NCBI GenBank assembly: GCA_963674785.1
Contig: OY771555.1
Span: 672,001-736,000, forward strand
DNA length: 64,000 bases
Source: Caldisericia bacterium
GTDB lineage: Bacteria > Caldisericota > Caldisericia > JAAYUI01
Reading direction: 5' to 3'
Positions 28,941-39,812 of the stretch are shown here, piece by piece (position 1 is the stretch's first letter; each line of letters starts with the position of its first letter). The notes below the pieces were generated by a model. It had not been told where the DNA came from. It ran no database searches and saw only the letters and a program-made list of their open reading frames with translations. A program made the translations under genes and the position numbers.

Positions 28941-30314
28941 ATGAAAAAAGGAAAAAAAGCTTTAATATCTATCACATTCAGTTTTTTTCTAATAAACATT
29001 CTGTTGGCTTTATATAGCTTCGGGATAATCAAGTTTGAAAGCCCTGTAAATGTGAGCAGGGATGAACTTCACTCATATTCTCCGGTGATGGTTTTGGATA
29101 AGAATGACAATCCTCATATTGTTTGGCGTTCTAGGGGTGATGATTTATTATTGTATTCTGGTGATCTTTTTTATGCGAAATGGGACGGATCAAGCTGGGT
29201 TAATGTGAAAGGTGAAAGAGGTGCTGGTTTCAGAATTGAAACGGAGATACCGAAATATGAACCCAAAGAAATATTTATTGATTCGAATGGAAACCCATTA
29301 ATTGTAACTGGTATAAGTGGATACGCAAATGCAGACTATCTGTGGTGGGATGGCTCAAGCTGGAAGAATCATATAAATGTGTATTCACATGGGTATTTTG
29401 AATTATTCACAGAAGATTATGCCAAAATAAAAGCACTTACTCTTGATAGTAACGATAATATCCATTTCTTGCTTGAAAAAAATAACAGGTTGGGATTGTT
29501 TCTGTTTGATGGAAAAAGCTTTAAAACAATTGATAGAAGTCAGATAGAATCGATAGATGCTCATTATTATATTAATGGGTGTTTTTCAACAATCAAAAGT
29601 TGCGATATAAAGCTTGATAATAAAGGACTCCCACACATATTGATAAATGAAAGAGATGAAAATCTCTACTACATAAGGTGGAACGGAAAAAGCTGGATAA
29701 CCGTCGACGGGAAAAAGTTTGAAAAAGACTCATCGAAGGCTTTAGTTACATGTGAATCAGGTGAAATTGATGCGGACATGAGGTTGGACGCAGATGATAA
29801 TCCACATATTCTTTTCAGTGTATATGAAGAAGATGATGTTGGTAACCAAGTTTTTGATCTGAATATACCAGTTTCTTACATTAGGTGGGATTGCAATAAC
29901 TGGGTTTACTTGGATGGAACAAGATATAATCAGGGCAACCTATCTTCGATTTTAGTTAAAGCTCTGTGGTCTGGAACAAGTTATTCATTTGATGTTGATG
30001 ATGAAAACCTTTCACATTTAGTGTGGAATCAACCTTTTGATCGTGAACAACTGAATCCTGATTTGTGTCACATCAGATGGGATGGAGAAGGTTGGATAAC
30101 AGAAAACAAAAAGAGACTTGATGAAACTAAATGTTTTGGTCGAATTGAGAAATCATTAAATAAGTCATTCAGTCCATTTGTTGTTTTGGATTCAAATGGT
30201 TACCCAAATATTGTTTGGTGTGATAAAATCCATAAAACAAACAAATATGATATTATGTTTGTCAGGTGGAATGGCGATGAATGGGTTGCTGCAAACGGAA
30301 AACGATATAGGTAA
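28941..30314 (+). CDS. Membrane-anchored Trp-rich repeat protein 3
   Basis: Same repeat (LDKNDNPHIVW, YIRWNGKSW); abuts gene 2. Confidence 0.75.
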   Translation: MKKGKKALISITFSFFLINILLALYSFGIIKFESPVNVSRDELHSYSPVMVLDKNDNPHIVWRSRGDDLLLYSGDLFYAKWDGSSWVNVKGERGAGFRIETEIPKYEPKEIFIDSNGNPLIVTGISGYANADYLWWDGSSWKNHINVYSHGYFELFTEDYAKIKALTLDSNDNIHFLLEKNNRLGLFLFDGKSFKTIDRSQIESIDAHYYINGCFSTIKSCDIKLDNKGLPHILINERDENLYYIRWNGKSWITVDGKKFEKDSSKALVTCESGEIDADMRLDADDNPHILFSVYEEDDVGNQVFDLNIPVSYIRWDCNNWVYLDGTRYNQGNLSSILVKALWSGTSYSFDVDDENLSHLVWNQPFDREQLNPDLCHIRWDGEGWITENKKRLDETKCFGRIEKSLNKSFSPFVVLDSNGYPNIVWCDKIHKTNKYDIMFVRWNGDEWVAANGKRYR

Positions 30315-30337
30315 GATACGAGAAAAATGGGAAATAA

Positions 30338-30799
30338 ATGAAATTCATCTGCTCATTAATTGTTGTTTCAGACATCAAAAAATCTCGACACCTATTCGAA
30401 GGGGTTTTGGGTCAAAAAGTCAAAGCTGACTTCGGAGAGAACATTACCTTTGAGGGAGATTTTGCGATTCACCAGAGAGACCACTTTGAAGGACTGATTG
30501 ATGGAAGATCTGTAACACCAAAATCAAACTCTTGTGAATTGTATTTTGAAGAGGACAACATCGAATGGGTAGTAGCAAAACTTGAAGCTGAAGGGCTGGA
30601 ATTTGTACACCCAATGCGAGAGCAACCCTGGAAGCAGAGGGTGGTAAGGTTTTATGATTATGATGGAAATATCATTGAGATTGGAGAGAGTTTGACATCA
30701 ACTGCCAGAAGGCTTCTTGCAGGTGGCAAGTCAGCAGAAGAGACAGCAAAGATTACATATCTTCCGATTGATGTTGTGAAGAAGCTGGAATTGCAGTAA
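30338..30799 (+). CDS. VOC/glyoxalase-bleomycin resistance family protein
   Basis: VSDIKKSRHLFE, ELYFEED and EQPWKQRVVRFYDYDGNIIEIGE motifs. Confidence 0.9.
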   Translation: MKFICSLIVVSDIKKSRHLFEGVLGQKVKADFGENITFEGDFAIHQRDHFEGLIDGRSVTPKSNSCELYFEEDNIEWVVAKLEAEGLEFVHPMREQPWKQRVVRFYDYDGNIIEIGESLTSTARRLLAGGKSAEETAKITYLPIDVVKKLELQ

Positions 30800-30853
30800 A
30801 CATAAAGTAAGGGGTAATTCTAAGGAGATTTTGAAATGAAGTGGAGTGCAAAA

Positions 30854-32302
30854 ATGAAACACGCGAGAGTTATATCAATTATCGTATATTTGTTAATCAT
30901 GGTGGTTGCTGTGAACATGGGTTGTGGTGGAAAGCCTTCAGAACGGGAAACAGACTCGACTGCTGATATTTCAAAGTCAAATACTGAAACCAAGCCCACA
31001 AATGTTAATGGTTGGAAGGGTGCTTGTGATTTTGATTCAGAAAATGTACCTTCCAGCTTGTTTCACTCGGGAAGACATCAAGTAGGTGGCGGAGTTAATT
31101 CGCTGAAGATAGATAACCAAGGAAGAGCGAATATCTTGTATCATGATAATTACTCCAGGAAAATGTTCACTCTTATTGCTGATGGAAAAAGGTTTGAACT
31201 AAATGGGGACACACAGGATTGTTCTAACTATGACTTCCTGCAATTGCCAATTGGAAATAGTGATGAATATGAAATCAGAATGTGCATTGATAGTTTAGAT
31301 AGAAAGCATTTTTTGACTTGGGATGATGCTGGCATCTATTATTTTGTTTGGGATGATACAGGCTGGAAGACCATTGATGGTCTTGAGCTTGATTTAGAAA
31401 ATCTAGCTTGTGGTTTTCTCTTCCCAGCATTATATGAGAATCCCAGCTTTGAGGCATCCTTTGAATTAGACTCAAAAGATAATCCAAGTCTGGCGTTATT
31501 TGTGGGACATAATATTCATTATTATCACTGGGATGGTTTGAAATGGATTACATCAAATGGAAGCAAATATGACCATAAAACAAACGATGGGTTGATATAT
31601 ACATCAACCTCTGTAATTAGCCAATTGGAGTTGCTTTTTGATGTTGATGATACACCTCATATTGTTTGGATGGAAAAAAAAGAGTATTGTGATCCGATAT
31701 GTATCAAAACAATGATTTTTTCTGACAGTAAGTGGCTGAATATAACATCCCCTCTTGGAATCGATTATGATGCTGTTGTTGATCTGAGAGGTAAACATTT
31801 ATTCATAAACATCTATGATTTCTATACTGTTATTGATGAGAAAGATGTTTTTCATCTGGCATGGGAATACCGTGACACAGACGATTCTCTGTGGGTCTTT
31901 TGTTATATGAAAAATGATAATGTTGCCCGAAATACTGGATGGAGAAACATTAATGGTGAGATGGTAGAGAAAGCACAGGACACAAATACTCCTGTTTCAA
32001 TTGAACACATTGATGAACGCGGATACCTTCATCATATTGGTATTGCAAACTGTGATATTTCAGGCTATCCAGATCCCGACCTTCTCCACACCATGTGGAA
32101 CGGAAATGAATGGGTCAATGTTAAAGACGAATCAGTTCCAGCGGAAGGTGATGAAAGCTGTTTGTTCTACATTAACTATAATGACAGACCACCTAGTGAT
32201 TTCATAATAAAAACATTCAAAAACAATGTTTATATAATATGGCACCAATGGTCGAAGACTGTATCGAGAGATATTCACTATATGGAGTGGATTGAAGAAT
32301 AA
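30854..32302 (+). CDS. Lipoprotein, divergent member of the Trp-rich repeat family
   Basis: Lipobox NMGC; DDTPHIVW and WNGNEWVN repeats. Confidence 0.7.
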   Translation: MKHARVISIIVYLLIMVVAVNMGCGGKPSERETDSTADISKSNTETKPTNVNGWKGACDFDSENVPSSLFHSGRHQVGGGVNSLKIDNQGRANILYHDNYSRKMFTLIADGKRFELNGDTQDCSNYDFLQLPIGNSDEYEIRMCIDSLDRKHFLTWDDAGIYYFVWDDTGWKTIDGLELDLENLACGFLFPALYENPSFEASFELDSKDNPSLALFVGHNIHYYHWDGLKWITSNGSKYDHKTNDGLIYTSTSVISQLELLFDVDDTPHIVWMEKKEYCDPICIKTMIFSDSKWLNITSPLGIDYDAVVDLRGKHLFINIYDFYTVIDEKDVFHLAWEYRDTDDSLWVFCYMKNDNVARNTGWRNINGEMVEKAQDTNTPVSIEHIDERGYLHHIGIANCDISGYPDPDLLHTMWNGNEWVNVKDESVPAEGDESCLFYINYNDRPPSDFIIKTFKNNVYIIWHQWSKTVSRDIHYMEWIEE

Positions 32303-32463
32303 GGTTTAGGTTTATGCCAAGTTCGAAATGATATCATCCCACGTTACTCCAGACTTGATACTTTGACCATCATCAAAAATCTTTGACTGAAAAATAGAAG
32401 ATTCAAATGCAACCCTGGATGTCCGATCCGTCATCCCGCACTGGCATGACGTAGTAAGAGAAT

Positions 32464-32611
32464 GTCTTTCCAGCGAAGGCTGGAAACCAGGGTATAAAAA
32501 AGCGTAATCTTTTTTATCTGGTGAGATGGATTTGACCAATATCAATAATTCCCCACGAGATATTTCATGACTCAAGTGTAACCCTGGATTCCGGGTCAAG
32601 CCCGGAATGAC
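32464..32611 (-). mobile_element. REPIN/MITE-like element, copy D (148 bp)
   Basis: Reverse complement GTCATTCCGGGCTTGACCCGGAATCCAGGGTTAC...ATACCCTGGTTTCCAGCCTTCGCTGGAAAGAC; a partial further copy lies at ~32340..32450. Confidence 0.8.
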
Positions 32612-32800
32612 GAGGGAGTAGTCGGGCATGAAGGGAAATAATCAGGAATGACTAGTGAAGGATTCCTGTACGTCCACCAACAAGAAACGAATTCAACAAC
32701 TGGACTGAATGATAAGAAATCGCGGTCTAGCATGATTCGGCGCAATTAACGGATACAAACAACTGACCCCCTAATCTAAGGGGGCCAGTTGATGGATAAT

Positions 32801-33247
32801 TTATCGACATTTTTTCATCAAAGCTGTCAGTGTATTCATGCCTGATATTAGGAGTTCTTTTTCCTCACCTGTCAAAACCTTTGTCTTTTCCTCAACATAT
32901 TGACTATGTAGCTTGTGAATCCCGTCTGTGAGTTTTTTCCCGGCATCAGTCAATTCAAGGAATGAAATCCTTTTATCGTTGGCATCTTTGATCCTGACAA
33001 TATAACCAAGCTCAATCAGTTTTTTTGCAACTGGGGTGAAAGAACCTTTTTCAAGACTAATTCTCTTGCTGACTTTGTGCATCGGTGTTGACCCTTTGAT
33101 GGCAAGGTAGTGGAGGGTTCTGATGTGGGTCTGGTTCATCTGATCTGGAATATCCAAATTATCGAGAAATCTCTTGTAAAAAGCAGACATTATCGTGTGT
33201 TGCAGTTCGATTATGCTTTTAAAGATATCGTCATTATTTGTCTTCAT
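32801..33247 (-). CDS. MarR-family transcriptional regulator
   Basis: wHTH with DKRISFLELTDAGK motif; overlaps the MATE stop. Confidence 0.9.
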   Translation of the reverse strand: MKTNNDDIFKSIIELQHTIMSAFYKRFLDNLDIPDQMNQTHIRTLHYLAIKGSTPMHKVSKRISLEKGSFTPVAKKLIELGYIVRIKDANDKRISFLELTDAGKKLTDGIHKLHSQYVEEKTKVLTGEEKELLISGMNTLTALMKKCR

Positions 33248-34620
33248 TTTGCCTCAGAAAACCTTGGTGTAAGACCCGAGATGTGCTGTCTACCTTTTTT
33301 GTAACTATCAAAAAGAGCAATGGCTGTGATTATTACAGAGATAACACCCGCAACAGGGGTTGATGCCCACACCCCATTTAAGCCAAAGAATAATGGGAGG
33401 ATAAGAACTGCTGGAATGAGGAGAAAAATCTGTCTGAGTAGTCCAAGGAAAAATGCCATAAAACCATTTGCAATCGATTGATAGAACCCAACACCTAAAA
33501 TGTTGATGCAAACAACAGGAAGTGCGAGTACAAAAATCCTGAGTCCATTTATCGCAACACCCATAGTAGCAGATTCCGAGCTGATAAAGATTCCGATAAA
33601 CATCTGTGGGAAAAGCTCAATCAGTAAGAAAATGAAAGTCGAGAAAATGATTCCAACAAACAGTGCAAGAGTCAAAGTTTTATACACTCTTTCTGTTTGT
33701 TTTGCTCCGTGGTTGAACCCGATGATCGGCTGCATTCCCTGACTGATACCCATCAGTGGCATAATAAACAGTGTATATAAGCTATTGATTGCACCCATTG
33801 ATGTGATGCCTGCCATTCCACCATATTGCACAAGCCCTCGGTTCATAAACATCATTGAAAGGCTTGTACCAATTGTTGTGATAAATGTCGCAAATCCCAC
33901 TGTGATTATGTTCATCGCAATCTTCATTTTCAGGATGAAGTCTGAAAAAACTGGTGAGAGGATACTCTTTTTTCTGAAATAAAATGACAGCAGTATTGAA
34001 CAACCGACTAACTGACCAATAATTGTTGCATATGCAGCTCCTTCCACTCCCCAACCAAAAACAACAATGAAGAAATAATCAAGCACGATGTTTGTAAGGG
34101 CTGAAGTGATCATTGAAACCATCGAAAAAACCGGATGTCCTTCTGCTCTCACAATGTTGTTTAGTGAAAAGCCTATTGCTTGGAAAATAAATCCAAAGAG
34201 GATTATTTTCATGTAGCTGGATGCAATGCCCAATGTCTCAGGTGTTGCTCCGAAGAGCTTCAACACGGGGTTCAGGGTAAGGAGAATGATTGCCGATATT
34301 GTAATGGCAATTACTATCGCTAGTCCAATTGTGTTACCAAATATCTTGTTTGCAGATTTTGTGTCCCTTTCTCCAAGTTTTATCGAAAGAAGAGAAGATC
34401 CACCAATCCCAGGTAAACCCGCAAACGCAAAGATTATCATCATCACCGGGAAGGCGATTGTAAGCCCTGCAAGGGCTGCCTCTCCTGCGAAGTTTCCGAT
34501 AAACATCCTGTCAACAACGTTGTAGATTGAGTTTACAATCATGGCAACAATCGCTGGGGCTGAGTATTGAAAGAGGAGTCTGCCAACAGATTTTGTAGCT
34601 AGTTCTTTTGTCCTATCCAT
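33244..34620 (-). CDS. MATE family efflux transporter (MepA-like)
   Basis: 12 TM; YNVVDRMFIG, NIVLDY, GVEGAAYATIIGQ and GMQPIIGFNHGA motifs. Confidence 0.93.
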   Translation of the reverse strand: MDRTKELATKSVGRLLFQYSAPAIVAMIVNSIYNVVDRMFIGNFAGEAALAGLTIAFPVMMIIFAFAGLPGIGGSSLLSIKLGERDTKSANKIFGNTIGLAIVIAITISAIILLTLNPVLKLFGATPETLGIASSYMKIILFGFIFQAIGFSLNNIVRAEGHPVFSMVSMITSALTNIVLDYFFIVVFGWGVEGAAYATIIGQLVGCSILLSFYFRKKSILSPVFSDFILKMKIAMNIITVGFATFITTIGTSLSMMFMNRGLVQYGGMAGITSMGAINSLYTLFIMPLMGISQGMQPIIGFNHGAKQTERVYKTLTLALFVGIIFSTFIFLLIELFPQMFIGIFISSESATMGVAINGLRIFVLALPVVCINILGVGFYQSIANGFMAFFLGLLRQIFLLIPAVLILPLFFGLNGVWASTPVAGVISVIITAIALFDSYKKGRQHISGLTPRFSEAK

Positions 34621-34651
34621 AATAATTTTCCTTTACCAAATAATTTATGAT

Positions 34652-34667
34652 AGTTAGAATACTAACT
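34652..34667. promoter_or_regulatory. Probable MarR operator
   Basis: Inverted repeat AGTTAG-AATA-CTAACT upstream of MATE-marR; weaker copy at ~34691. Confidence 0.6.
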
Positions 34668-34742
34668 GTCCAAATATGAACAATTAAAATAGTAAGAAAT
34701 CTAACAATACTTGTGATAATTCGTCTCCTGAACACTGTCTAC

Positions 34743-34800
34743 TTGACAGATTAGAGAAATAGTTTAATATTCAACTAGATAGTTCAACCATATGGTTGAA
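34743..34800 (+). promoter_or_regulatory. Sigma-70 promoter and TetR operator
   Basis: TTGACA at 34743 with TAATAT at 34765; perfect palindrome TTCAACCATATGGTTGAA at 34783-34800 and a related site at 34770-34787. Confidence 0.7.
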
Positions 34801-34818
34801 AATATACGAGGAACGGTT

Positions 34819-35436
34819 ATGAAAGAAAAGCAAGTTGAGCAGAACATAATAAATTCAGCAGTGAAGGTTTTCATAGAAAAAGGCAAAGATGGAGCAAGGA
34901 TGCAAGAGATTGCAGATGGTGCGGGTGTAAACAAAATGCTCCTTCATTATTACTTTAAGGATAAAAACAGTTTGTTCCTCGAGGTCATCAGAAAAGTTTG
35001 TGTGGATTTATATGGATCGGTTATTGAAGAAAGCACTAAAACATCAACCTTTAGAGAGTTCCTTTCCGTTTTTATAAAAAGGCACTTTGATTTCTTGAAT
35101 GAAAAAAAAGATTCATTTCAGTTTCTGTTGTGGGAATTAAGTCGAAATAGATTCAATCTGAAGGAAATACTTTCTAATTCATATATTTTAGATGACATGA
35201 ATCCTTTCGAGATAATATCGACAGAGATGCAAAAAGCCATATCCAATGGTGAGATTCGACCAGTGGACAAAACCGAATTCATTCTAAATCTCTTCAGTCT
35301 CGATTTGTTCATGTTTCTTGCATTACCAGCCATAAAGGGCATATGCCCAATGAATGATTTGGAGGTAGAAGAAATGATTGATCGAAGAAAAAAAGAAGTG
35401 TTCAGGTTGCTGTGGAATGACATAAAACTAGATTAG
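34819..35436 (+). CDS. TetR/AcrR-family regulator
   Basis: GARMQEIADGAGVNKMLLHYYFKDK HTH. Confidence 0.92.
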   Translation: MKEKQVEQNIINSAVKVFIEKGKDGARMQEIADGAGVNKMLLHYYFKDKNSLFLEVIRKVCVDLYGSVIEESTKTSTFREFLSVFIKRHFDFLNEKKDSFQFLLWELSRNRFNLKEILSNSYILDDMNPFEIISTEMQKAISNGEIRPVDKTEFILNLFSLDLFMFLALPAIKGICPMNDLEVEEMIDRRKKEVFRLLWNDIKLD

Positions 35437-35447
35437 GGGGAACGAAG

Positions 35448-36401
35448 ATGTCTATTGTTATATCAAATCTTAGCAAATCCTTTGGGGAAAGAAGAGTTTT
35501 AGACGGAATTTCTCTAAACATAGGGAAACAGAATTTTACACTTCTGGGTCCAAATGGGGCTGGGAAAACCACATTAGTTAATATCATCTGTGGTTTGTTG
35601 AAATATGATTCAGGCACAATAAATGTTTGTGGTATCAATCCCCAAACACATATACATGAGGTGCGGAAAAAAATCGGACTTGTTACCCAAGATACCTCAA
35701 TCTACAACTATCTGACAGCAAGAGAAAACTTAGATTTCCACGCAAACTTCTATGGAGTTCCAAAGAAAAAAGTGAAAAGCAAGGTAAATGAAGCACTTGA
35801 GCTAGCACAACTTGAGGAGAGAGCTAATGATCTGGTTGGGACATTCTCCGGAGGAATGAAAAGACGACTTGCGCTTGTCAGGGCAATGCTTCACGATCCT
35901 GAAATAATTGTTTTAGATGAGCCAACACTTGGGGTTGATGTGCAAAACAGAAATGAAATCTGGAACAAAATACTTGAAATGAAAGGAAAAAAAACGGTCT
36001 TTATAAATACCAACTACATGGACGAGGCAGACAGCCTGTCTGACATTTGTGCGGTGATTGACGGTGGGAAGATCGTAGCTCTGGATACACCTGACAACAT
36101 GAAAACAAATTACTCCGATGGTGTGCAATTGGAGGCAAAAATCCAAATCAACCAATCTGAATTTGGCAACTTAAAAGCAAAACTGAAAAACTACTCATCC
36201 GAAACCATGATTGTGGAGAATAGAACAGAAAAAAATTATCATGTATCCATCCCAGCAAAAAAACAAGCAAATATCTTGCTTGCTGAGGTGGCCGAGATCT
36301 TTAATGAAAGTGATGGTGTTGCAATCAAAGATCTTCAGATAAGGGTTCCAACTCTTGATGATGTTTTCCTAAAACTGACAGGCAAAAAACTTCGGGATTA
36401 A
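35448..36401 (+). CDS. ABC-2 drug exporter ATP-binding protein (DrrA-like)
   Basis: Walker A GPNGAGKT, signature FSGGMKRR, Walker B LDEPT. Confidence 0.93.
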   Translation: MSIVISNLSKSFGERRVLDGISLNIGKQNFTLLGPNGAGKTTLVNIICGLLKYDSGTINVCGINPQTHIHEVRKKIGLVTQDTSIYNYLTARENLDFHANFYGVPKKKVKSKVNEALELAQLEERANDLVGTFSGGMKRRLALVRAMLHDPEIIVLDEPTLGVDVQNRNEIWNKILEMKGKKTVFINTNYMDEADSLSDICAVIDGGKIVALDTPDNMKTNYSDGVQLEAKIQINQSEFGNLKAKLKNYSSETMIVENRTEKNYHVSIPAKKQANILLAEVAEIFNESDGVAIKDLQIRVPTLDDVFLKLTGKKLRD

Positions 36402-36411
36402 TGAGGCTCAA

Positions 36412-37527
36412 ATGCGAAAAGTCTTAAGTTTAATGATAGCCGATTTGAAGATATGGATAAGGCAGCCGAAGCTTCTAATAATGACTGTAGCACCGCTCCT
36501 AATTATTTCGGTTTTTGGAGGTTTTTTTCTTGCAAAAGCTGAGGTGCTTCCACTGGCAATAGTCTTGGAGGATAATGATCCCGCCGCAATAAGGCTCGAA
36601 AACTACCTCATAAACTTGAAAAGTGGTTCAGGTGTTACTTGGTTTGATGTAGTTAAAAATGAGAACCTCACTGCACAAGAACAATTTGAAAAAGGAAAAG
36701 TTCTTGGGTTAATTACCATTCCAGCGAATTTAACTGATCGAATAAACTCAGAGGAAACAGTTAAAATCCCAATAAAGATCAACAACATCAATGATGACGT
36801 GACTAAGAATTTCATCCAAAGGATGCAAAATGCTTTCAATCATTTCAATGATGATCTTGTGGTTGACGATTCCGTTTACAATATGATACGTGCAGATTTC
36901 AAAGGAAACACATACCCAGACTTGCCACTGATTAAGTATATTTGTGTGTCTATTCTTGGTCTAGCGATGCTCATGAGTATAAGCCTGGCAATAACTTTCT
37001 CAATTGCCAGGGAGTTTGAAGATAGAACTATGAGAGAGCTTGTAATGGCTCCAAATCTTGTCAACATATTGGCTGGCAAACTTCTGTCTGCATTGGCTCA
37101 GTCGATACTGGTTGTTGCATTCATACTCCTTGAACAATGGATTATTTTTGGTTATTTTCCACAGAATATGCTTATGCAGGTTGGATTCTTTTTCTGGGGT
37201 GCCTTCTTTTCAATTGGGCTATCGATAATTATCGCTACAAAAATCAAGCAGATTCTTCCGGCTGGCATTCTCATAATGGTTATAAATATTGCTAGTTGGT
37301 GGGTTTCAGGTGGGCTTGCTCCGGCTGAAGCATGGACGGGTTTATTACGAATAATCGCCGACTATTGGCCTGGAACATATTTCTATCAAGTCTACATAAA
37401 TGCTTCACTTTTGGGTAAGGAAAGCAGTAATCTATTTTTGCGCAACCTTACAATAACGGGGATATTTGGGACAGTGATGATCTTAATAGCGTTTACAATA
37501 TTTGCTAGGGAGGTAAGGGAAGTATGA
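36412..37527 (+). CDS. ABC-2 type permease
   Basis: 1+5 TM layout, AREFEDRTMRELVMAP motif. Confidence 0.88.
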   Translation: MRKVLSLMIADLKIWIRQPKLLIMTVAPLLIISVFGGFFLAKAEVLPLAIVLEDNDPAAIRLENYLINLKSGSGVTWFDVVKNENLTAQEQFEKGKVLGLITIPANLTDRINSEETVKIPIKINNINDDVTKNFIQRMQNAFNHFNDDLVVDDSVYNMIRADFKGNTYPDLPLIKYICVSILGLAMLMSISLAITFSIAREFEDRTMRELVMAPNLVNILAGKLLSALAQSILVVAFILLEQWIIFGYFPQNMLMQVGFFFWGAFFSIGLSIIIATKIKQILPAGILIMVINIASWWVSGGLAPAEAWTGLLRIIADYWPGTYFYQVYINASLLGKESSNLFLRNLTITGIFGTVMILIAFTIFAREVREV

Positions 37528-38666
37528 GACCAAAGATCTTTGCTGAAATAAAAAAATCTTTCAAATACTGGAAGAAGAACAAAATGATAGCACTTGTATC
37601 AATCTTTCCTCCATTGCTGATCAGTCTGCTTTTTGTTGGTGCATTTAGAACAACAGGCATTGTAAATATTGCAGTTGTTAACAAAGATGCAGTTTCATCT
37701 AGTCTTTGGACTGAGAAATTCCTTGATGTAATGGAATTAAAAACAGGCACGATTCCACACTTTAACGTTATCCTAACTGATGAAGAAGCATCAGGCAAAA
37801 TGTTCGAAATGCACCAAACATTTGCTGTTTTGTATATCCAAGAAGGATTTGGTAAAAGTATTGAGAATGGAAAGCCGATTCCGATAACAGTAAAGTTTAC
37901 TTCGGTGCATGAAGATATTTCAAAGAATGTCAGACTTGGTATTGAGGCCAGGATATATGATTTTGCAAAACTATATGGATTGGACTCAAATGAGAGACCT
38001 GGAATTATCATTGATAAAAAACTTGAAAACTCTTCTCTTTTGAGGTCAGATTATATGATGGCAGGTATTCTCATTTGGACGATGGTATTCTTTGGTTTAT
38101 TGATAGGAGGTGCTTTAGGGGCAAATGAAAAAGAAGGTGGAACTGATATATACATTGAGATGGCACCAAACGGAAGAATTATCTCCATGATTGGGAAATG
38201 GGTAGCGACAATAGCTATTTCTGGTTTGATGATGGTTATTCTAGGTGCCTGTTATGTAATATTCTTTGGAATGAAAATTCCAAATTTGCAGAGCATCTCA
38301 CTAATATTGCTTGTATTTTTGATGCTTTCGATAGTATTCAGTTTCCCAGGAGTTTTGTACGGTATGAAAGTTGGTGACTTCAGGCTTGTTCCCGCCCCCA
38401 TGATAATACTGAGCATAACACTGTGGCTTGTCTCCGGTGCCCTGAATCCATTAGAATTCTCGGCAGGATATTCATTTTTTAAGTATTTGCCAACAGCATC
38501 TGGAATTAGAATTATTTCATATTCAATGTTTGATCGAGGTGGACAATTTATAACAGAGTCATTTATTGTTTTGGTTCTATGGATTTTTTTGGTCTTTGTG
38601 ATTTTTTTGCTTGTGATTCTTGTGAATCATAGAAAATGTAAACCAAAACTCTCAAACCAAAACTGA
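37524..38666 (+). CDS. ABC-2 type permease
   Basis: 1+5 TM layout, NEKEGGT motif, coupled to the previous gene. Confidence 0.88.
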   Translation: MRPKIFAEIKKSFKYWKKNKMIALVSIFPPLLISLLFVGAFRTTGIVNIAVVNKDAVSSSLWTEKFLDVMELKTGTIPHFNVILTDEEASGKMFEMHQTFAVLYIQEGFGKSIENGKPIPITVKFTSVHEDISKNVRLGIEARIYDFAKLYGLDSNERPGIIIDKKLENSSLLRSDYMMAGILIWTMVFFGLLIGGALGANEKEGGTDIYIEMAPNGRIISMIGKWVATIAISGLMMVILGACYVIFFGMKIPNLQSISLILLVFLMLSIVFSFPGVLYGMKVGDFRLVPAPMIILSITLWLVSGALNPLEFSAGYSFFKYLPTASGIRIISYSMFDRGGQFITESFIVLVLWIFLVFVIFLLVILVNHRKCKPKLSNQN

Positions 38667-38782
38667 TACGCTCTCAAGTCTGAAGATGTTTGAGATTCTA
38701 ACCCTCTGTCTGGGTCAACAGGCTAAGAGAACCCTCTCTACGAGGGAGGGATGGTGACGAAGCCACCAGGGAGGGTTAAAAG

Positions 38783-38945
38783 ATTTTCACAATTTCAGCT
38801 GGAAACCATGTTATAGAAAGGCGTATTCCTTTTTTTAGGTGAAACAGTTTGACCATCATCAACAAATTCCCCACAAAATATCTCATGATTTAAGAGCACC
38901 TTGGATTCCCACCCAGCCTTCAACACTCTGGCAAGCTCGGGAATC
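38783..38945 (-). mobile_element. REPIN/MITE-like element, degenerate copy F
   Basis: Core aligns with copy D (ATCATGAGATATTTTGTGGGGAATT...GGTCAAA...ATACGC); left hairpin interrupted by an insert. Confidence 0.65.
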
Positions 38946-39047
38946 TCCAAGATGATAATGTGCCTGCATAGATCGATTGATATTGATTAATCATAAATTT
39001 TTTGTTATATTAATGCTAAATCAATACCCTAAAAGGAAGGTGTCAGC

Positions 39048-39812
39048 ATGAATAACAGGGCGTTTTTGGTTGGTCTTGTCTGGTTTGTATCTCTTGTCCC
39101 AATGTTTTTTATGGGCATGTTCGGTGATTGGATTGAATACTATGTGGGGATCATCCAGCTTCTGGCTGCTTTCCTCACAGTTTATTTCTGTTTTGACACC
39201 AGCAGAGCGCTTGATAGTGACGATCCAAACAAAATCGTATGGAACTACATTTCACTTGGTTCCCTCTCATGGGGAATCGGACTTCTGATTCACATAATCA
39301 CATTAGAGTCAGGTTTAAGAGCACCTGTTCCATTCCCATGGTTTTCAGATGTGTTTTGTTTGATGTTTACAGTGTTTGCAGCATTTGGGCTTTTCTTATT
39401 CTGGAAAAAACTTGAAATAAAGATTCCAAAATGGGGATGGATTGTAGCCGGCATATTTTTCGTTTGTGCAGTCGTCTGGTCAATTTTTGTTGCAAACAAA
39501 GGTTTCACAGCAAACACAACCAATCTCGCATTCATAGCAACCTATGTGTTCATAATCACCGATGCGATACTCCTTTCATTTGCGATAATGCTTGCATCAG
39601 CTCTTATCGGAGGAATGCTTGGTAACCAACTCTGGATTTTGATATTTGGATTTGTTGTTTACTATGCTGGAGAACAACTATACATAAGTGCTGTAAATGC
39701 AGGTATACATGGGAATATCGGTCTTGTTGACATCTCCTGGCCGGTCGCATTAGGGTTGATTTCAATCTCAGCAATACTTACAAAAACAGCACTGCAAAAA
39801 AGTTTTAATTAG
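39048..39812 (+). CDS. Multi-pass membrane protein resembling a stand-alone membrane sensor domain
   Basis: About 8 TM; PFPWFSDVF motif seen in membrane sensor modules of kinases/GGDEF proteins; no output domain. Confidence 0.6.
   Translation: MNNRAFLVGLVWFVSLVPMFFMGMFGDWIEYYVGIIQLLAAFLTVYFCFDTSRALDSDDPNKIVWNYISLGSLSWGIGLLIHIITLESGLRAPVPFPWFSDVFCLMFTVFAAFGLFLFWKKLEIKIPKWGWIVAGIFFVCAVVWSIFVANKGFTANTTNLAFIATYVFIITDAILLSFAIMLASALIGGMLGNQLWILIFGFVVYYAGEQLYISAVNAGIHGNIGLVDISWPVALGLISISAILTKTALQKSFN

Noticed and set aside
32312-32629. 105-aa ORF resembling 569..856 (VIPGLTRNPG), and ORF 60212..60676
   Set aside because: The similarity comes from translating the same repeat element; reading frames are not preserved across copies
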